Positions 11,441 through 23,720 of a stretch of DNA of 64,000 nt are shown piece after piece (positions within the stretch are counted from its first letter, which is position 1; every line of letters begins with the position of its first letter). The notes under the pieces are model-generated. The model was not told where the DNA came from. It made no database searches and was given only the letters and a program-made list of their open reading frames with translations. The DNA is from Callorhinchus milii (Eukaryota), in contig NW_024704743.1 in the NCBI RefSeq assembly GCF_018977255.1, positions 59,832,001 through 59,896,000 on the forward strand, in the 5' to 3' direction. Both the position numbers and the translations under genes were made by a program.

Positions 11441-12829
11441 AAACAGCTACAAAGTAAATGATCAATTTTATCTGGAGCATCATTGGCCAAGATAAATGTT
11501 TGCTGACACATATGAGGTTAAATAGTGAAAAGGACATTACTTTGTGATCTCAGGCTTCATCGAGGTTGGAGCTGAACAAACTCAAACCAGGCTTTAGAAT
11601 CACTGCATCTAACTTCTGCTCAGAAGATTTGAGGAAAACAGTGTGAAAAGCCAGGTGGTGTGGTTTCATTGTGTGTCATCTGTTATTGTCTTTTGAAGAT
11701 TGAGGCTTAATGGATTTTACAAATGCTCTTTAAAAGACTTTACTTTAATTTGTTTATTTTGTGAAAAGCCATATTGGAATTACTAATTAAATTCCTGAAA
11801 GTATGTTCTTTATTTATAAGATGTTATTTTCTAGTTGACTGAGGAAGACTAAATCACTTAGAAATACTGGTTGCCAAGGGATACAGGACTCAGCTGGAAG
11901 CAAAACTCTTCCAGGGACTTGCAGAACTCAGCTCCACTTCAGAGAACTATAATTTCTCTAACCTTTGTGCAAGAAAATACAAAAATTTGCTATCACTTGA
12001 TAGTTTACTGTTGTGCTGTATGTTCCTAGCTGAATTATCCAATTCTATCTCTGCTAAATAAATCTATTTCTGGTACAATTGATCTTTGCTTGTGTCCCTC
12101 AAGTAATACCGTACTTATTGCTTTCCGAAAGGGTTGGAACAATTGAAGCCCTATGCTATATCATATTAATTATTAACGGTTGAATTGTTAGGGCAGAAGA
12201 AGGCTTATTAATAATAAAGTTTGTGTTACCCAAGATAGGGCAGTTTGTAAACATATCAGACTAGGTTATCAGAGTTGTGAGCACATTAAATTAAACGAAA
12301 GAGTTGCAGAAAACCTATGGATCATAAATGTTACTGGCAGAGAGAGAGAGAGAGAGATTCACACAATCTTGTAATAGTTATTGGTTTGCACAGTTGCCAC
12401 CTGCCCCACTGAACCCCAGCAAGTGATTGTAGAATAATATGCCGTTTGTGCCTCTTACTCTAAAACTGAGGACAGATGGATATGCCAGGAAAGATACTGA
12501 AACACAGTAAACTCCTGGTAACTCATCACTCTAAGGAAAAAGGGCTCAGTGACAAGCTATCTGAAGTGGCGAGTTAGGCATATGTATAAATGCATAAATA
12601 AATGCGGCCAGGATATTGACAGCAAGATGACTTAAGTGGTAGTGCCATGGTCGAGTCATGATGAGTCAGGATTTAAATCAGTCTGTTAGGTTACAAACAG
12701 ATGCCATATCATAACTCGCACGATAGTTTTCTTGGCTTGCCTTATATTTTCCATAACGTTTGATAAGTGGTATAAAAATGTTGTCAAAGCAAATACAGTA
12801 CTCTCTAAAGAATTCAGAGGTTGCCCAAT

Positions 12830-13150
12830 GCTGCTATGTAGTGCAGTAATTGATCCATGCAGACTAGGAAGGGCCCAGGTTCAATCTGGTTTGTGTTGAG
12901 TTGGTTGATTTCAGGTGGCGGGATGAAGGTAGCACTGCTCTTGGTTATAGGGTTCCTGGGCTGTAGAGAGGGGGGATACCTGTTGATCCCTCCTAATTTG
13001 TGTGGTGTAGATGTTTAGCTAGAACAGGATTGAGCTTGGCTTTGGTTGCTCACATCCAATGACTGAGAAACCTACAAATACTGTCTAAACTCACATGTGA
13101 TGTTTGGCTATTTGTACATCATTACATTACCAGTTTCCTGGTAGCAAGAT
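12830..13150 (+). mobile_element. Old SINE family B (tRNA-like head, 'ccctgggctagggagggg' core)
   Basis: 'ccatgcagactaggaagggcccaggttcaatctgg...gagttggttgatttcag...ctcacatgtga'. Related to 23335-23465, 25530-26000, 27640-27830 and 32890-33148. Confidence 0.55.
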
Positions 13151-13479
13151 CAGCTCTGCAAACAACTTGTAAAGAATAGTAGCTGTATTTCCTGATGCTG
13201 AATTTGGCAAAACCCTATTCAGAGTTAGATCTCCCGTTGCCTCTATATAGAGAACTGACTCTGTAATGCAAATGGTCAGTGCCTGAGAGACCTAACACAA
13301 TATGATTCCACACATGTGTGACCTTTTCATGTTATCCTGTAAGTTGTGTCATATCGTTAAATGTTGCCTATGTACAAAACAATTCAAAGTTACTTTTTGC
13401 ATCCCAAATAACTGTAACAGAACTATCAAATGATGAACTAGTGACTACCCTCTTTGGGTGGGCGGTGGGGATATTTCAG

Positions 13480-13898
13480 GCCCCTGCTGAATCCAGCACA
13501 CCCAGCTTGACTCATCAGCAGGACTTGGAAGGGCAGACCAGTCACTGGAGGCAGGGATTCTTTCCACTCAGTTCTTGTTACCCCTGCAAACCAAAGTTCT
13601 GATGGATAGGGTGGTCCCAGAGGGAAAGCTTGCCAGACAGTTCTATCAATGTCTAGCTATGCAGTTTTAGCTGGTTAGACTCTAGCAGTATTCCAATGCA
13701 CACTCTGGGGTCCCCAAGCCTTGATTTTTGCCAACCTCCACCTAATGCTCTCCGAAATTAGGTAAAGAGGGTGAGTTCCTCCATTCCATTCCAATACGCA
13801 GGAATTTCCATGCATGGAACACTCAGTTTGGTTTGAATGCTCTTAAGCATGGTGATGGTTTTCCACATGTATCAGACACCTGGCTGACCAAACAAAAA
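13480..13898 (+). mobile_element. Unclassified poly(A)-ended repeat, copy 2
   Basis: 'gggattctttccactcagttcttgtta...tagggtggtcc...ctggctgaccaaacaaaaa'. Confidence 0.75.
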
Positions 13899-15028
13899 GC
13901 AGAGCTGAGAAATAGGCCAGGAGCAAAGTTGCCTGATAATCAAATACATCTTCCATCCTCCACTACAGTAAATTGGTGAAATTAAATTTTGAATGTGTTT
14001 TATTATTGCGCTTTTTACACAATGACATCAGACACTGGCAGAGTACAAGTGCCTGCTGTTGCTCTGGAAGTGCAGAGGCAATGGGGCGCAAGATGACAGC
14101 ACTTCCAGTTTGACACCAGTTCCTGGGGCCACAATATAAAAGTGCCACTGAACGAAGTACTAGAGCTACTAACTCTCAGAAATCTGAATGACTGCCTACA
14201 GAAGAGGTGGGGAGAAAATCAGGGCACTAATGCCAGACTTGATGTTACAAATGTTGTCAACTCCTAAATTTAGTTTGTAAACATGCTAATGATATTTTAA
14301 ATGTACGTACCACAAAGAATTATGAATCCTCGAAGAGCTTTAGAATGCGTGGTTAATCCTTTTAATTACCTAGTTTTGAATTACAGAGCAACCAAATCAA
14401 CAAAAGAGATATTGTCTGTTTTTGTTGTGCTCCAGATGGCAAGAAAGCGTCATTTTTTTCCCAGTGAATTGACAAACCAGGAGGTTCCTGTATTCTCTCC
14501 TTTCATTAACACTGAAGCTCATTCCGAGAGTTGAACACTGATATTCAGGTTACCCCTGGAGAATGCACTCATCACATAAGATGAATTTGGCTGAAGGTGA
14601 AATGCTGCAGCATGGCTTCTATTTGTGCAGGTTTAGGTAATTGGATTTTATTTTAGTTGGGTGCATTGATCCATCTCCTCTCCCGAGGGCACAGGGTGAC
14701 ACTGTTAAGTGCTTGTCCTTCATCAGCCTCTTAAGTGAGCGGCAAAGCAGAAAGTTTCAATACCTCTCTATTCTTCTTCTGTCATTTTTGCCAACATAAT
14801 GACATGTAAATGTCATGGCTTCTCAGGTAATTTCAAAACCCTCTAAGATGGGTCTGTGTGTTTTTTTATTGCGCAGCATTTCCACTGAATGTCAATATGT
14901 TTTAAAAATTTCCCATAGCATCTATAATAAATAGAATTTACTGCTAATGGAAAAAAAAGTTAGATTTTCAATGAGCAAGTAACATTATTTTCAGCAAGAG
15001 CATAATCTGAGCCAATAATGTCCAACCT

Positions 15029-16225
15029 AACAACAACACGATTACATTTGTAAAGTGCCTTTCACGTCAGGAGGATGTCCCAAGGCGCTGAACAACCAGG
15101 GATCAGAACTCGAGCATGGGGACAGGGTTGGGATGAGGGAAGGCAGAGGGGGTAGGAAGGTGGCTGAAGGCATGGTCAAAAAGGAGGGTATTGAGTCATG
15201 CCTTGAAGGAGGCAAGAGGGGGAGCAAGGTGAAAGGATTTGGGGATGGAGTTCCAAAGATTGGGGGCAGAGAGGCTGAAAGCCCGGTTGATGATGGTAGG
15301 GTGGATCGAGTTGGGGAGGCCAACAAGGAGGGAGTTTTGGTAGTTGAGCCTTGAGATGACAAATGCGTGCATGAGGGTTTCAGTGGCCTGAGGGATGAGG
15401 CAGTGGCGGAATCAGGCAATATTGCAGAGGTGGGGGAAGGCAGAATGGGTCATGGCATGGCTATGCGGGAGAAAGGACAGTTGAGGGTCGAACAAGATGC
15501 CCAGGTTCCTAACTGGCTTGGTGAGCTGGAGTGTGCAACCATGGATGCTGATGCTGCCAGTGCCTGAGGCGCTGGTGTGAGCCAATCAGGAGGGCCTCGT
15601 CTTGCTGACATTCAGCTGTAGAAAGTTAGCTCTCATCCAGGACTTGATGTCAGTCTGTCAGGATGTCAGTTGTCCTGGAATCGAGGGTGGAGGCAGAGAG
15701 ATAGAATTGGATGTAATCCACGTACATATGGAAGTTGACCCCATGTCTGCGGACGATGTCACCCAGGGGAGCATGTAGAGGTTGAAGAGGAGGGGACCGA
15801 GGACAGAGCCCTGAGGAACACTGCCCAAGACTGTGTGGGGGCTGGAAGAGAAACCGTTGGCTGAGACAAATTGGAGACTAAGACCTGAACCATTCAAGGA
15901 CAGAACCTTGAAAGTTGAGGTGAGAGGAGAGGCAGTGGAGGAGGATGGTATCGGTATCGAAGGCAGCAGAGAGGTCGTGGAGGATGAGAAGGAAGACATT
16001 TCTATTTAAATGTCGTTTGTCACCTTGACCAGAGCAGTTTCCGTGCTGTGAAAGCAAGGAAACCCAATTGGAGGGGCTCGTGATAGGAGTGGTAGGAGAG
16101 GAATGAGCGAAGCTGGGAAGCATCGACTCTTTCAAGGACCTTCGAAAGAAAAGGGCTGTTGGAGATGGGCCAGTAGTTAGAAGGCAGGAGTGGGTCCAGG
16201 GAAGGTGGTGTTTTTAGGGTCCAGG
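15029..16225 (-). mobile_element. L2 LINE, 5'-truncated; degraded reverse transcriptase plus 3' tail, with an internal deletion near 15308
   Basis: Minus frames give DLSAAFDT, VLEWFRS and VPQGSVLGPLLFNLYMLP; (CAA)n tail at 15029. About 260 bp missing relative to 41897-42691. Confidence 0.92.
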
Positions 16226-16454
16226 ATGTTAAATGGAATGTGTTTTTATTTCAACACGGTGATATAAAATATTGGAAATTTTCAATGGGGTTGAATTTTG
16301 AAGAGATTGCATAAGACGACTATGTTTGCACATTGTTTATGTGACATTTGGGGTACGACGGAACAACAACAACTTGCATTTATCACATTCACTGGGGGTA
16401 ATGTCTTGGAGTGCTGAAAATGGCAGTTTGACAAAGGTTTCACAATCCCTTCAA

Positions 16455-16645
16455 AAAAAAAATTTTGAAATAATAATTTGGTCACTCAATTCACAACTGT
16501 TTGTGGGACACTGCTGTGCACAATTGGCTGCCACATTTCACCCACAAATATACAGTCAATTCACTTTACATATATATTCTGTGAAGGGCTTTGAGGTATC
16601 TCAGAGATGTGATAAGATGCTATATCAAATGCAAGGATTATTATA
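16455..16645 (+). mobile_element. tRNA-Ala-type SINE, 3' half
   Basis: 'tgtttgtgggacactgctgtgcacaattggctgcc...atcaaatgcaaggattattat'. Confidence 0.85.
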
Positions 16646-16844
16646 ATCTAACAGTCTAGATATCTGGACAACTGCATTCAAATCTAGTTGATTTGTGATT
16701 GTAATTATTATAGAATGTTACAGGACAGAAATCGTCCATTTCAATTCTGACTGGTATTTTTCCCTGTGACTGGTGAAGATCATGGGAAAGAGGTAAGGGG
16801 CCTGCCATTACTCATCTTGCCTGTTTTAATCACTATGCTGAATT

Positions 16845-17165
16845 ACAACAACAACAATTTATTTCGCGCCTTTCACATACAATGATGTCTTGGATCACCT
16901 TACACTGACAGGACAGCTGTCGGGCAGGGAGTTGGAAGAAGGCAGAGATAACCATAGGCACGATTGAAAAGCAGGTATTAAAGCAGGACTTGAAGTCAGA
17001 TTTGGAAGGGATTAGATGGAGGAGTCAAGGGAGGGAGCTCCAGATTAGGGGCATGGAATCGGAAAGCCTGGCCATTGATTGTGGTGCGGGTAATCGGAAG
17101 ATATGCAGCAAACCCACGTTAGCCGAATGGAGGGCGCGAACAAAGGGGTGGAGTAGGAGAAGATA
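16845..17165 (-). mobile_element. L2 LINE 3' fragment
   Basis: (CAA)n tail, 'gcgcctttcac', 'gggagggagctccagattagggg' (W-S-S-L-P on minus). Confidence 0.7.
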
Positions 17166-17934
17166 GATCTTAAACCCAGAAATTGGATTCAGCAAGTTGG
17201 GTGCAAGAGGCTTTCACTGGTCTGAGCCAGTCATTCGCAACAACAACCAAAAGCACCAGCGTTGGCACACTACTTTTATTTCACATTCACCGTGTTAGCA
17301 GTAGAGAGCTTTAGGACTTTTAAACCAAAGTCAACCAACTGTGTACTGAATTTATGGTCTTTCCATTTCCCAATTATTTTGCATATTTATTTCTACTGTT
17401 ACAATCCATTAACAGGTATTTAATGATCTATTCATCTCAAATGCTGGTGATGAACAGAGGGTTTATTTTGAGTGGTACCTCAGTGGAAATGTGGAGAAGA
17501 CTACTCACAGTCACGTTTGACACTCACGGTCACTCACTGCTTCCTTTTTCTGTTTTCCAATTTTAATAGCATTTTGTGCACATTGTAACCATAGAATGCC
17601 CTCTAGAAACGTAAATATGTAAGGAATGTATCTGTGGGCACTGGTCCAGTAATCACAGAGTGCCCCCCCATCCCCCCACCCCCATTCCCCTACAGTACTG
17701 ATGTACCTGTATCATATTTATAAAGCATAACAGTGTTGAAAATGTAGCATTCAAAAATTCTAAAGCATGTCACCACACTTACATGCTCTTACAAGGTAAG
17801 TATATTCCCTGTTAATAACCATTCACGGTAAACTTAGTTGAAATGTTGAATGATAGTTTGATTTTACTTTTTCTACATTTTCTCTCTTGCTTTCCTTTTC
17901 GTAATTTCATTCTCTTTCAGCTCACCCTAATTGA

Positions 17935-18230
17935 TCAAGAAATCCAGAACAAGGGGATGCAGAATCTGGCTCAGAAGCAGGAATGTGAACAGACATTTTA
18001 GATGTAATCATTTTGCACAGAAAGTGGTAAAAGTGGTATGTAAAATGAACTACCGGAGGGATGGGGGGGGTGGGGGAGGGCATGTTGTGTCAGCAAATTC
18101 AAAAGGAAATTAGATAGCTATTTGATGAAGAATTCAATTGAGGAGTATGAGAGATATAATAGAGTAGTATTTTGCAGCCAGACAGATGGAATGCAATGGT
18201 CTTTTCCAGTTCTGAACATTCCACGTTCCA
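17935..18230 (+). mobile_element. CR1 LINE 3' end
   Basis: SRTRG...HFAQKVVK motif followed by a 3'UTR-like 'gatggaatgcaatggtcttttcc'. Confidence 0.7.
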
Positions 18231-19409
18231 ATTTTTGGGCTTTTTCAGTACAGCCGTCCCTTGCAATGGCAACAGGTACTTGAGAGGAATTTACTATTCA
18301 AATTGATTCTATAACAGAAATATAAATCTAATTGTCAACAATATGTTAAGATGGCCAACCTGCCTCTAAGCTCTAACATAAAATTTAACTTTCGAATAAC
18401 AAAGCCCTGGTTAGCACGCACTGCTTTCCGAAGAGTTTCGGACTCCTTCTCTGGTATCAACTTCTTGGCAATAGGCCTGAAAGAGTGGACCTCAAGGATG
18501 TGGGATTTTATTGTGGGCTTGCTCGTTGACCCTCCTGCCACTGTACCTTGGCATGGAATAAAAAAATACAGTACATTTTGAGGTGTGGCAACTGAAACAG
18601 TTTGGACACCAGATGCCTTTCACTGTATCGGGCCACAACTATGGCATCCATCGGCTGAACCTCTTTCTTTGGTGGCTATTTCCATATGAAGCTATGTTGA
18701 CATTCCTTTTCCTGTCTAGCAGCTACCTGAATAACGTTAGTAGATATGGGAAAAGGGCCTGGAAATCAAAGAGTTGGCTGATAATCAGGTGCAGCTCCCA
18801 GCTTCTGAACAAAAACAATTTTCATATACAGCACCTTTTATGTAGTAAGAACATCTCAAAGATCCTTAATAAGTCACCGAGGAAGCCTGAGCTGGGAGTG
18901 AAATGGTAGTAGTGGAGTAGGTAAGGGGGAAGTAGGAAAAGACACACTCAGAGAAAGGTCTTTAGATGGGTTTTGAAAGCAGAGAGAGGGAGCAAGGCAA
19001 GAATGTTGAAAGAGATTTTCAAAACGAAGGAGCAAAGTGGCCAGTACCCAAATCGAGGTGCCTGTGCGAAAAATCCAACACATCATGTCATCATGTGAGA
19101 TGACATTCATGTGTTGATGGAGTCATCATGTATGCAATGTAATATGTTCTGTGAAGCAATAAACAGGTACCTCCCCCTCTCCCCCCACCGAGTTTTGTAA
19201 GTAAAAAGCTGGGCTGCACAAAGATGTCAACTCTTTCACATAAGCATTGCTCTTTGTGCATTGGGCAACATTGGCATAACTTAGCACCATTAGTGTTTGG
19301 TTAAAAGAAACCAAGTCCAGTCTAGGCTTCTACATGCTTACTGATGTGCTTAATTCTATAACAATATTATTACAATATTAATCTAATTGTAATTGATAGA
19401 TTATCTATA

Positions 19410-19740
19410 ACCTTCAAACATTTCAAAGCATTTCACAAGATATTGCTGTAACGTATAGTACCCATGCATTTTGTAAGTGAACGTGACAGCCAACTTGCAC
19501 ACAACAATGTCTCACAAATAGACAGGAGGCGAGTGAACAAACTGTATCTGGGCTTGTTGGTTAGGATACCGGGAGAAACTACCTTCTCTTTTTGAATAGT
19601 GACGTGTGATATTGAATGTCAACACAGGCAGATGGGATCTTGGTTTAACATCTCAAGATGGCATTTCCAACAATGAAGAACTCCTCAGCCCGACATTAGA
19701 GTGACAATCTAGACTGTGAGTGCAATGCAGTGCTGAGATG
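19410..19740 (-). mobile_element. Degraded Deu-type SINE
   Basis: 'acttgcacacaacaatgtctcacaaa', 'caggcagatgggatcttggtttaacatctca'. Confidence 0.7.
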
Positions 19741-20431
19741 GGGTGCGGGAATGTTTCGTTATAGATTGGATGTGATACACTGAATCTGTTGCGAAACACT
19801 TTTTTACTCCGATGTTTCTTACAATTTTAATGCTAACATTCGACAATTTAACCTGAACTGTTTAGAAGTTGCAAAGGTGGGAATGATGTAAAGTTTTTCC
19901 GGAGTCCTGAAAGGTTAGACTGTGAGAGTTTATGAAATAAACATTCCAGAAACACAATTATTTAATTGTGGGGGATTATTAATGATTCTGTTGCATTTTA
20001 TGTTGAGAATCAGTTTTCTGTTATTTGTTCTAAGGAGAAGAAAAGAGCTTAACATTAGTGCCTTTGAAGCATTTATACTTTTTGCTTCTTATTCATTCAT
20101 TGTGCAACTTCCTCCCCCAGGATTTTATTATATGAATGGTGATTTTTTTTCTCAATTTCCTTTCATTTTTCTTCTCCTCTCCTCAAGGTGCCGACAGAAA
20201 TCTCACTAAAACTCTGTGATATTTAAAGCTGCAATACTCCCCTGGTAACAATTATCTCCTCATTTAAATTTATCTCACATCCCAATATGCTGCTATTTTT
20301 GTCTTTGAGAATACTTGGAAAAGATACCTTTACTGTCTTGTACTGTCTCTGTGAATTTAATTAAAAATGGAAGGTATGACCAGCCTTCACTTTATATACA
20401 TCTATGTACACTTTCTGAGAACTGGCTGGAA

Positions 20432-20826
20432 AAAGAAGGTTGTGGATTCAAGCCCTATAATGGGACTTTGAACTCACAAAGACACTCCAGTGCAGTGCTG
20501 GGGGTGTACTGCATTGATAGAAGTGCCATCATTCAGATGAGATATTAAACTGAAGTCCCTTCAGGGTAAATATCCCATGGCACAATTTGTAGAGAGAAGT
20601 GAGTTTCTCCCAATATTCTAGCCAACAATCCCCCGAATAAAATTGGTCATTCACTTCATGGCTGTTTCTGGGACATTGCTCTGTGCAATTTGGCTGCTGT
20701 GTTCGCCTGCAAAATACACAGTCACTACACATTACATTAAATTATGTAAAGTACTATGAGATGTCCTCCCAATGTGAAAGGCGTTACATCAAATGCAAGT
20801 ATTCTTCTTCTTATTATTTATTATTA
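20432..20826 (+). mobile_element. Deu-type SINE, near full length
   Basis: 'agaaggttgtggattcaagccc...gacactccagtgcagtgctgggg...cagatgagatattaaac...gggacattgctctgtgcaatttggctgc...atcaaatgcaag'. Confidence 0.85.
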
Positions 20827-21074
20827 TGCTAATTATGTCGGTTCAGGTCAACTTTAAGGAACTCCCAAAGATAGTAAAATAATTGCAATGGTTGTTAGGT
20901 TTACATGAACATTGTCTGCCTGTTCAGATGGTTGTTAAAGATCCCATGGGGAAAAAAAAAGGGAGAGNAAAAAAGAAAAGAACTTCCTAATGATCTGGGC
21001 AATAATCCCCTAGGCCAAAATATTGGTGATTTATTTCCTGGCTGTTTGATAGGACATTACCTGTCTCAAATCAC

Positions 21075-21235
21075 AGAGTTAGGGAGGATCAAGGCCAGGG
21101 AGGGCTTTGAAAGCGAGGACAAGGATTTTGAACTCTATCTTCTGGGGGTTGGAGAGCCAATGGAGCCAGGCGAGGATGGGTGTGATAAGTTCACCGAGCT
21201 TGGTGCAGGAGATGATACAAGTTGCATCATTCAGA
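21075..21235 (-). mobile_element. L2 ORF2 C-terminal fragment
   Basis: Minus strand gives 'ccattggctctccaacccccagaagatagagttcaaaatccttgtcctcgctttcaaagccct' (HWL..R.EFKILVL.FKAL). Confidence 0.75.
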
Positions 21236-23334
21236 ATTAGATGCAATATCAAATGGAATTTTTATAATTATTATCTTGATATCACAATACTTACAGAATG
21301 ACAGCAGGACAGCCTCACATGTATGGAACAATATTTGCCACAGGTGGTATCTTGAGGCCATTTAACAGTGACAGCTCCTCTGTTCATTAAGGGTTTTGGG
21401 GCTTTGGAACTGCGAAGTAAAAGCATTGCTTTACCATCAATAAAGTGACATAGCAATGTAACTTAAGAGTTGTCCATAACCATTGCAGCCTGATTATATA
21501 CAGTGCATGCATGCCAGAGTGTTAAGAGTTGTCAGCAATGATTAACTGTAACTTCAAAGAAGTCCGTGAATTGATTAACAGTTGCCATAAGCAAAGTGGT
21601 GCATAGAACCAATAAAGCATTCCTAAAAATTGCCATCAGGGCAGAGGAGGTGGAACTGACTTCTTACGGACTCTACCTGTATTTAATCACTGGTTAGTCT
21701 GTTCACAATAATCAAGGGAGAGCAAAAAGAAGCTTCACATGACACTAATGGAATTGAAATTCTAAGGTCATTTGAACCATATGGGTTTACTGGTGAACTG
21801 CATGTTTGGTTTTGGGACAATCAGACCTCTCTGCTCTGCGAATGTTTTCTCTTGCATTCAACTCTGGATTTCTTCCAGGAAGTCTCCAGTGAGCAGTAAT
21901 TATAATGTCAAAAGGCAAGGATGCACTTCTACTCTTCAATTATCGCCTAAACTAACCACCCCATCTGAATTTGAAATTTTCAATCCACAGGACAAACAAC
22001 AATGATAAAGGATATAATGCAAAATGTGTTCTGGACAGTCAGCTTTCTGCAAGGGCCACATTTCTTTGAACAATGGCAAAGGTGTTGAAAATGATGTGCA
22101 TCTGGTTTACGAGCTGTGCATCTGGTTTACGAGCAATGCCTCTGTTCACAAGGAGAAGGATTTGACTGAAGCACAGTTTGTTTCTTCAACAATTGAAACC
22201 TGCTTCTCTGCACATAGTGCAATGTAGGGCTGCTTTTGTTGTATAGAGAGGGGGCAGTACAGATTGCCCAATCAATTCTTATATACAGGTGTAAGAAAAC
22301 TGGGTTATGTTAGATTTTTAATTCGATTCAGAGTCCTGAAGGGTGAATCTTTCACCTGGTAAAACAGCATTTAAGATTATTTGTGGGTGTTGTCAGAAGG
22401 TTTGTATTTGACACTAGCACGGAAAAGAAAGTTAAATTAAGGGCTCAATGCCCCTCCCCTGATCTCCTTCAAAATCTCAAGAGAGGAAACATCCCAAGGG
22501 ACATCAAAGGTGAGATAGTTCGACTTGTCAAACACTTAGGTTGCCTGTTTCACTGAATGAGTGGCAGTGGGCAGGGATTTAAAATTTGCTCAGAAATAAA
22601 AACAATCTTGAAAATGGAAAACCACCTGAACAAATAAGCAAAAATGACCATTCAGGTCGGCAAATAGCAGCTGTACTGATACAAGTGGTCATTTCACATT
22701 GTGGGGAGGAAAATGCGACACGTGATGTGATAATTTGCTGTCCAAAGAAGTTCATAATTATTGAGTGGATGAGGGTGTGAACACCCCACTTCAGCACAAT
22801 TATTAGCCAAAGCTTTTCCAAGCCTTTGGCAGTGTTTCAGTGCTGCGTCATGGTTAGCAGCTTAATTACAAAAGCTAGTTTGTATAAGTTGGTGATGCTG
22901 CAAGCTATAAAATACAGTTAGTAAATACTGTATATGAACCACAAATATTTGTTAAACCGCACAGTTCTGAATAAGCTTACCTTTAGAGAGGTAATGGTCA
23001 TTTCTACAGGCTAGAATATAAGGACATAACTGAGTCAGGATGATAAGCAGGACACTTAAAAGACATACTGCTCATTTGTTAAATCCATATGCAAAATGTC
23101 TCACAGTGCTTCACAGGATTTACTGTAGAGTACAGTGACTGTGTATTTTATAGGGGCAGGCAGGAGCCAACTTTGCACACACCAATGTCCCACAAACAAC
23201 CATGAAAACAATGACCAGGTTACCGAGAAAAACTTCTTATCACAACCAGGGGCTTATTTGCCCCTTACTTGAACATTCACACAACCTTTTAGTAGAAGTT
23301 ATTGAACAATATCAGCTGTGAATTCTGCCTAAAT

Positions 23335-23465
23335 TATTTTCCTTTTTCCCTCGCCCAGGGATACTGAGGCCAATTGCAATGTCACGCTCGTTGCTTCAGC
23401 CCCATCAGTTAACTCAACCCAACTTAGAGTTTTAACCCAGGACGTAGTTGATTTTTATGGTCTAG
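23335..23465 (-). mobile_element. Old SINE family B fragment
   Basis: 'tttccctcgcccagggatactgaggccaattgca...gttaactcaacc'. Confidence 0.5.
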
Positions 23466-23539
23466 TTGATAACAACAACAAGAATAATAACAAACCGGCA
23501 CAGGCACGATGGGCTGAATGCTGTAATATTCTATGAAAT

Positions 23540-23720
23540 TACATTTGCATGGTTCCTTTCACGTCAGGAGGAAGTCTCAAGGTGCTGGACAGTCAGGGAT
23601 TTGGACCCGAGCTGGGGGTTGGGATCAGAGGGGTGGAGGGCAGGAGGATCTTATGATGGCTTGAAGGAGGCGAGGGAAGAAGGGACTGTGGGATGGAGTT
23701 CCAAAAGATGGGAGCATAGT
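23540..23720 (-). mobile_element. L2 3' end fragment
   Basis: 'cctttcacgtcaggagg...gacccgagctgggg...gggatggagttccaaa'. Confidence 0.8.
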
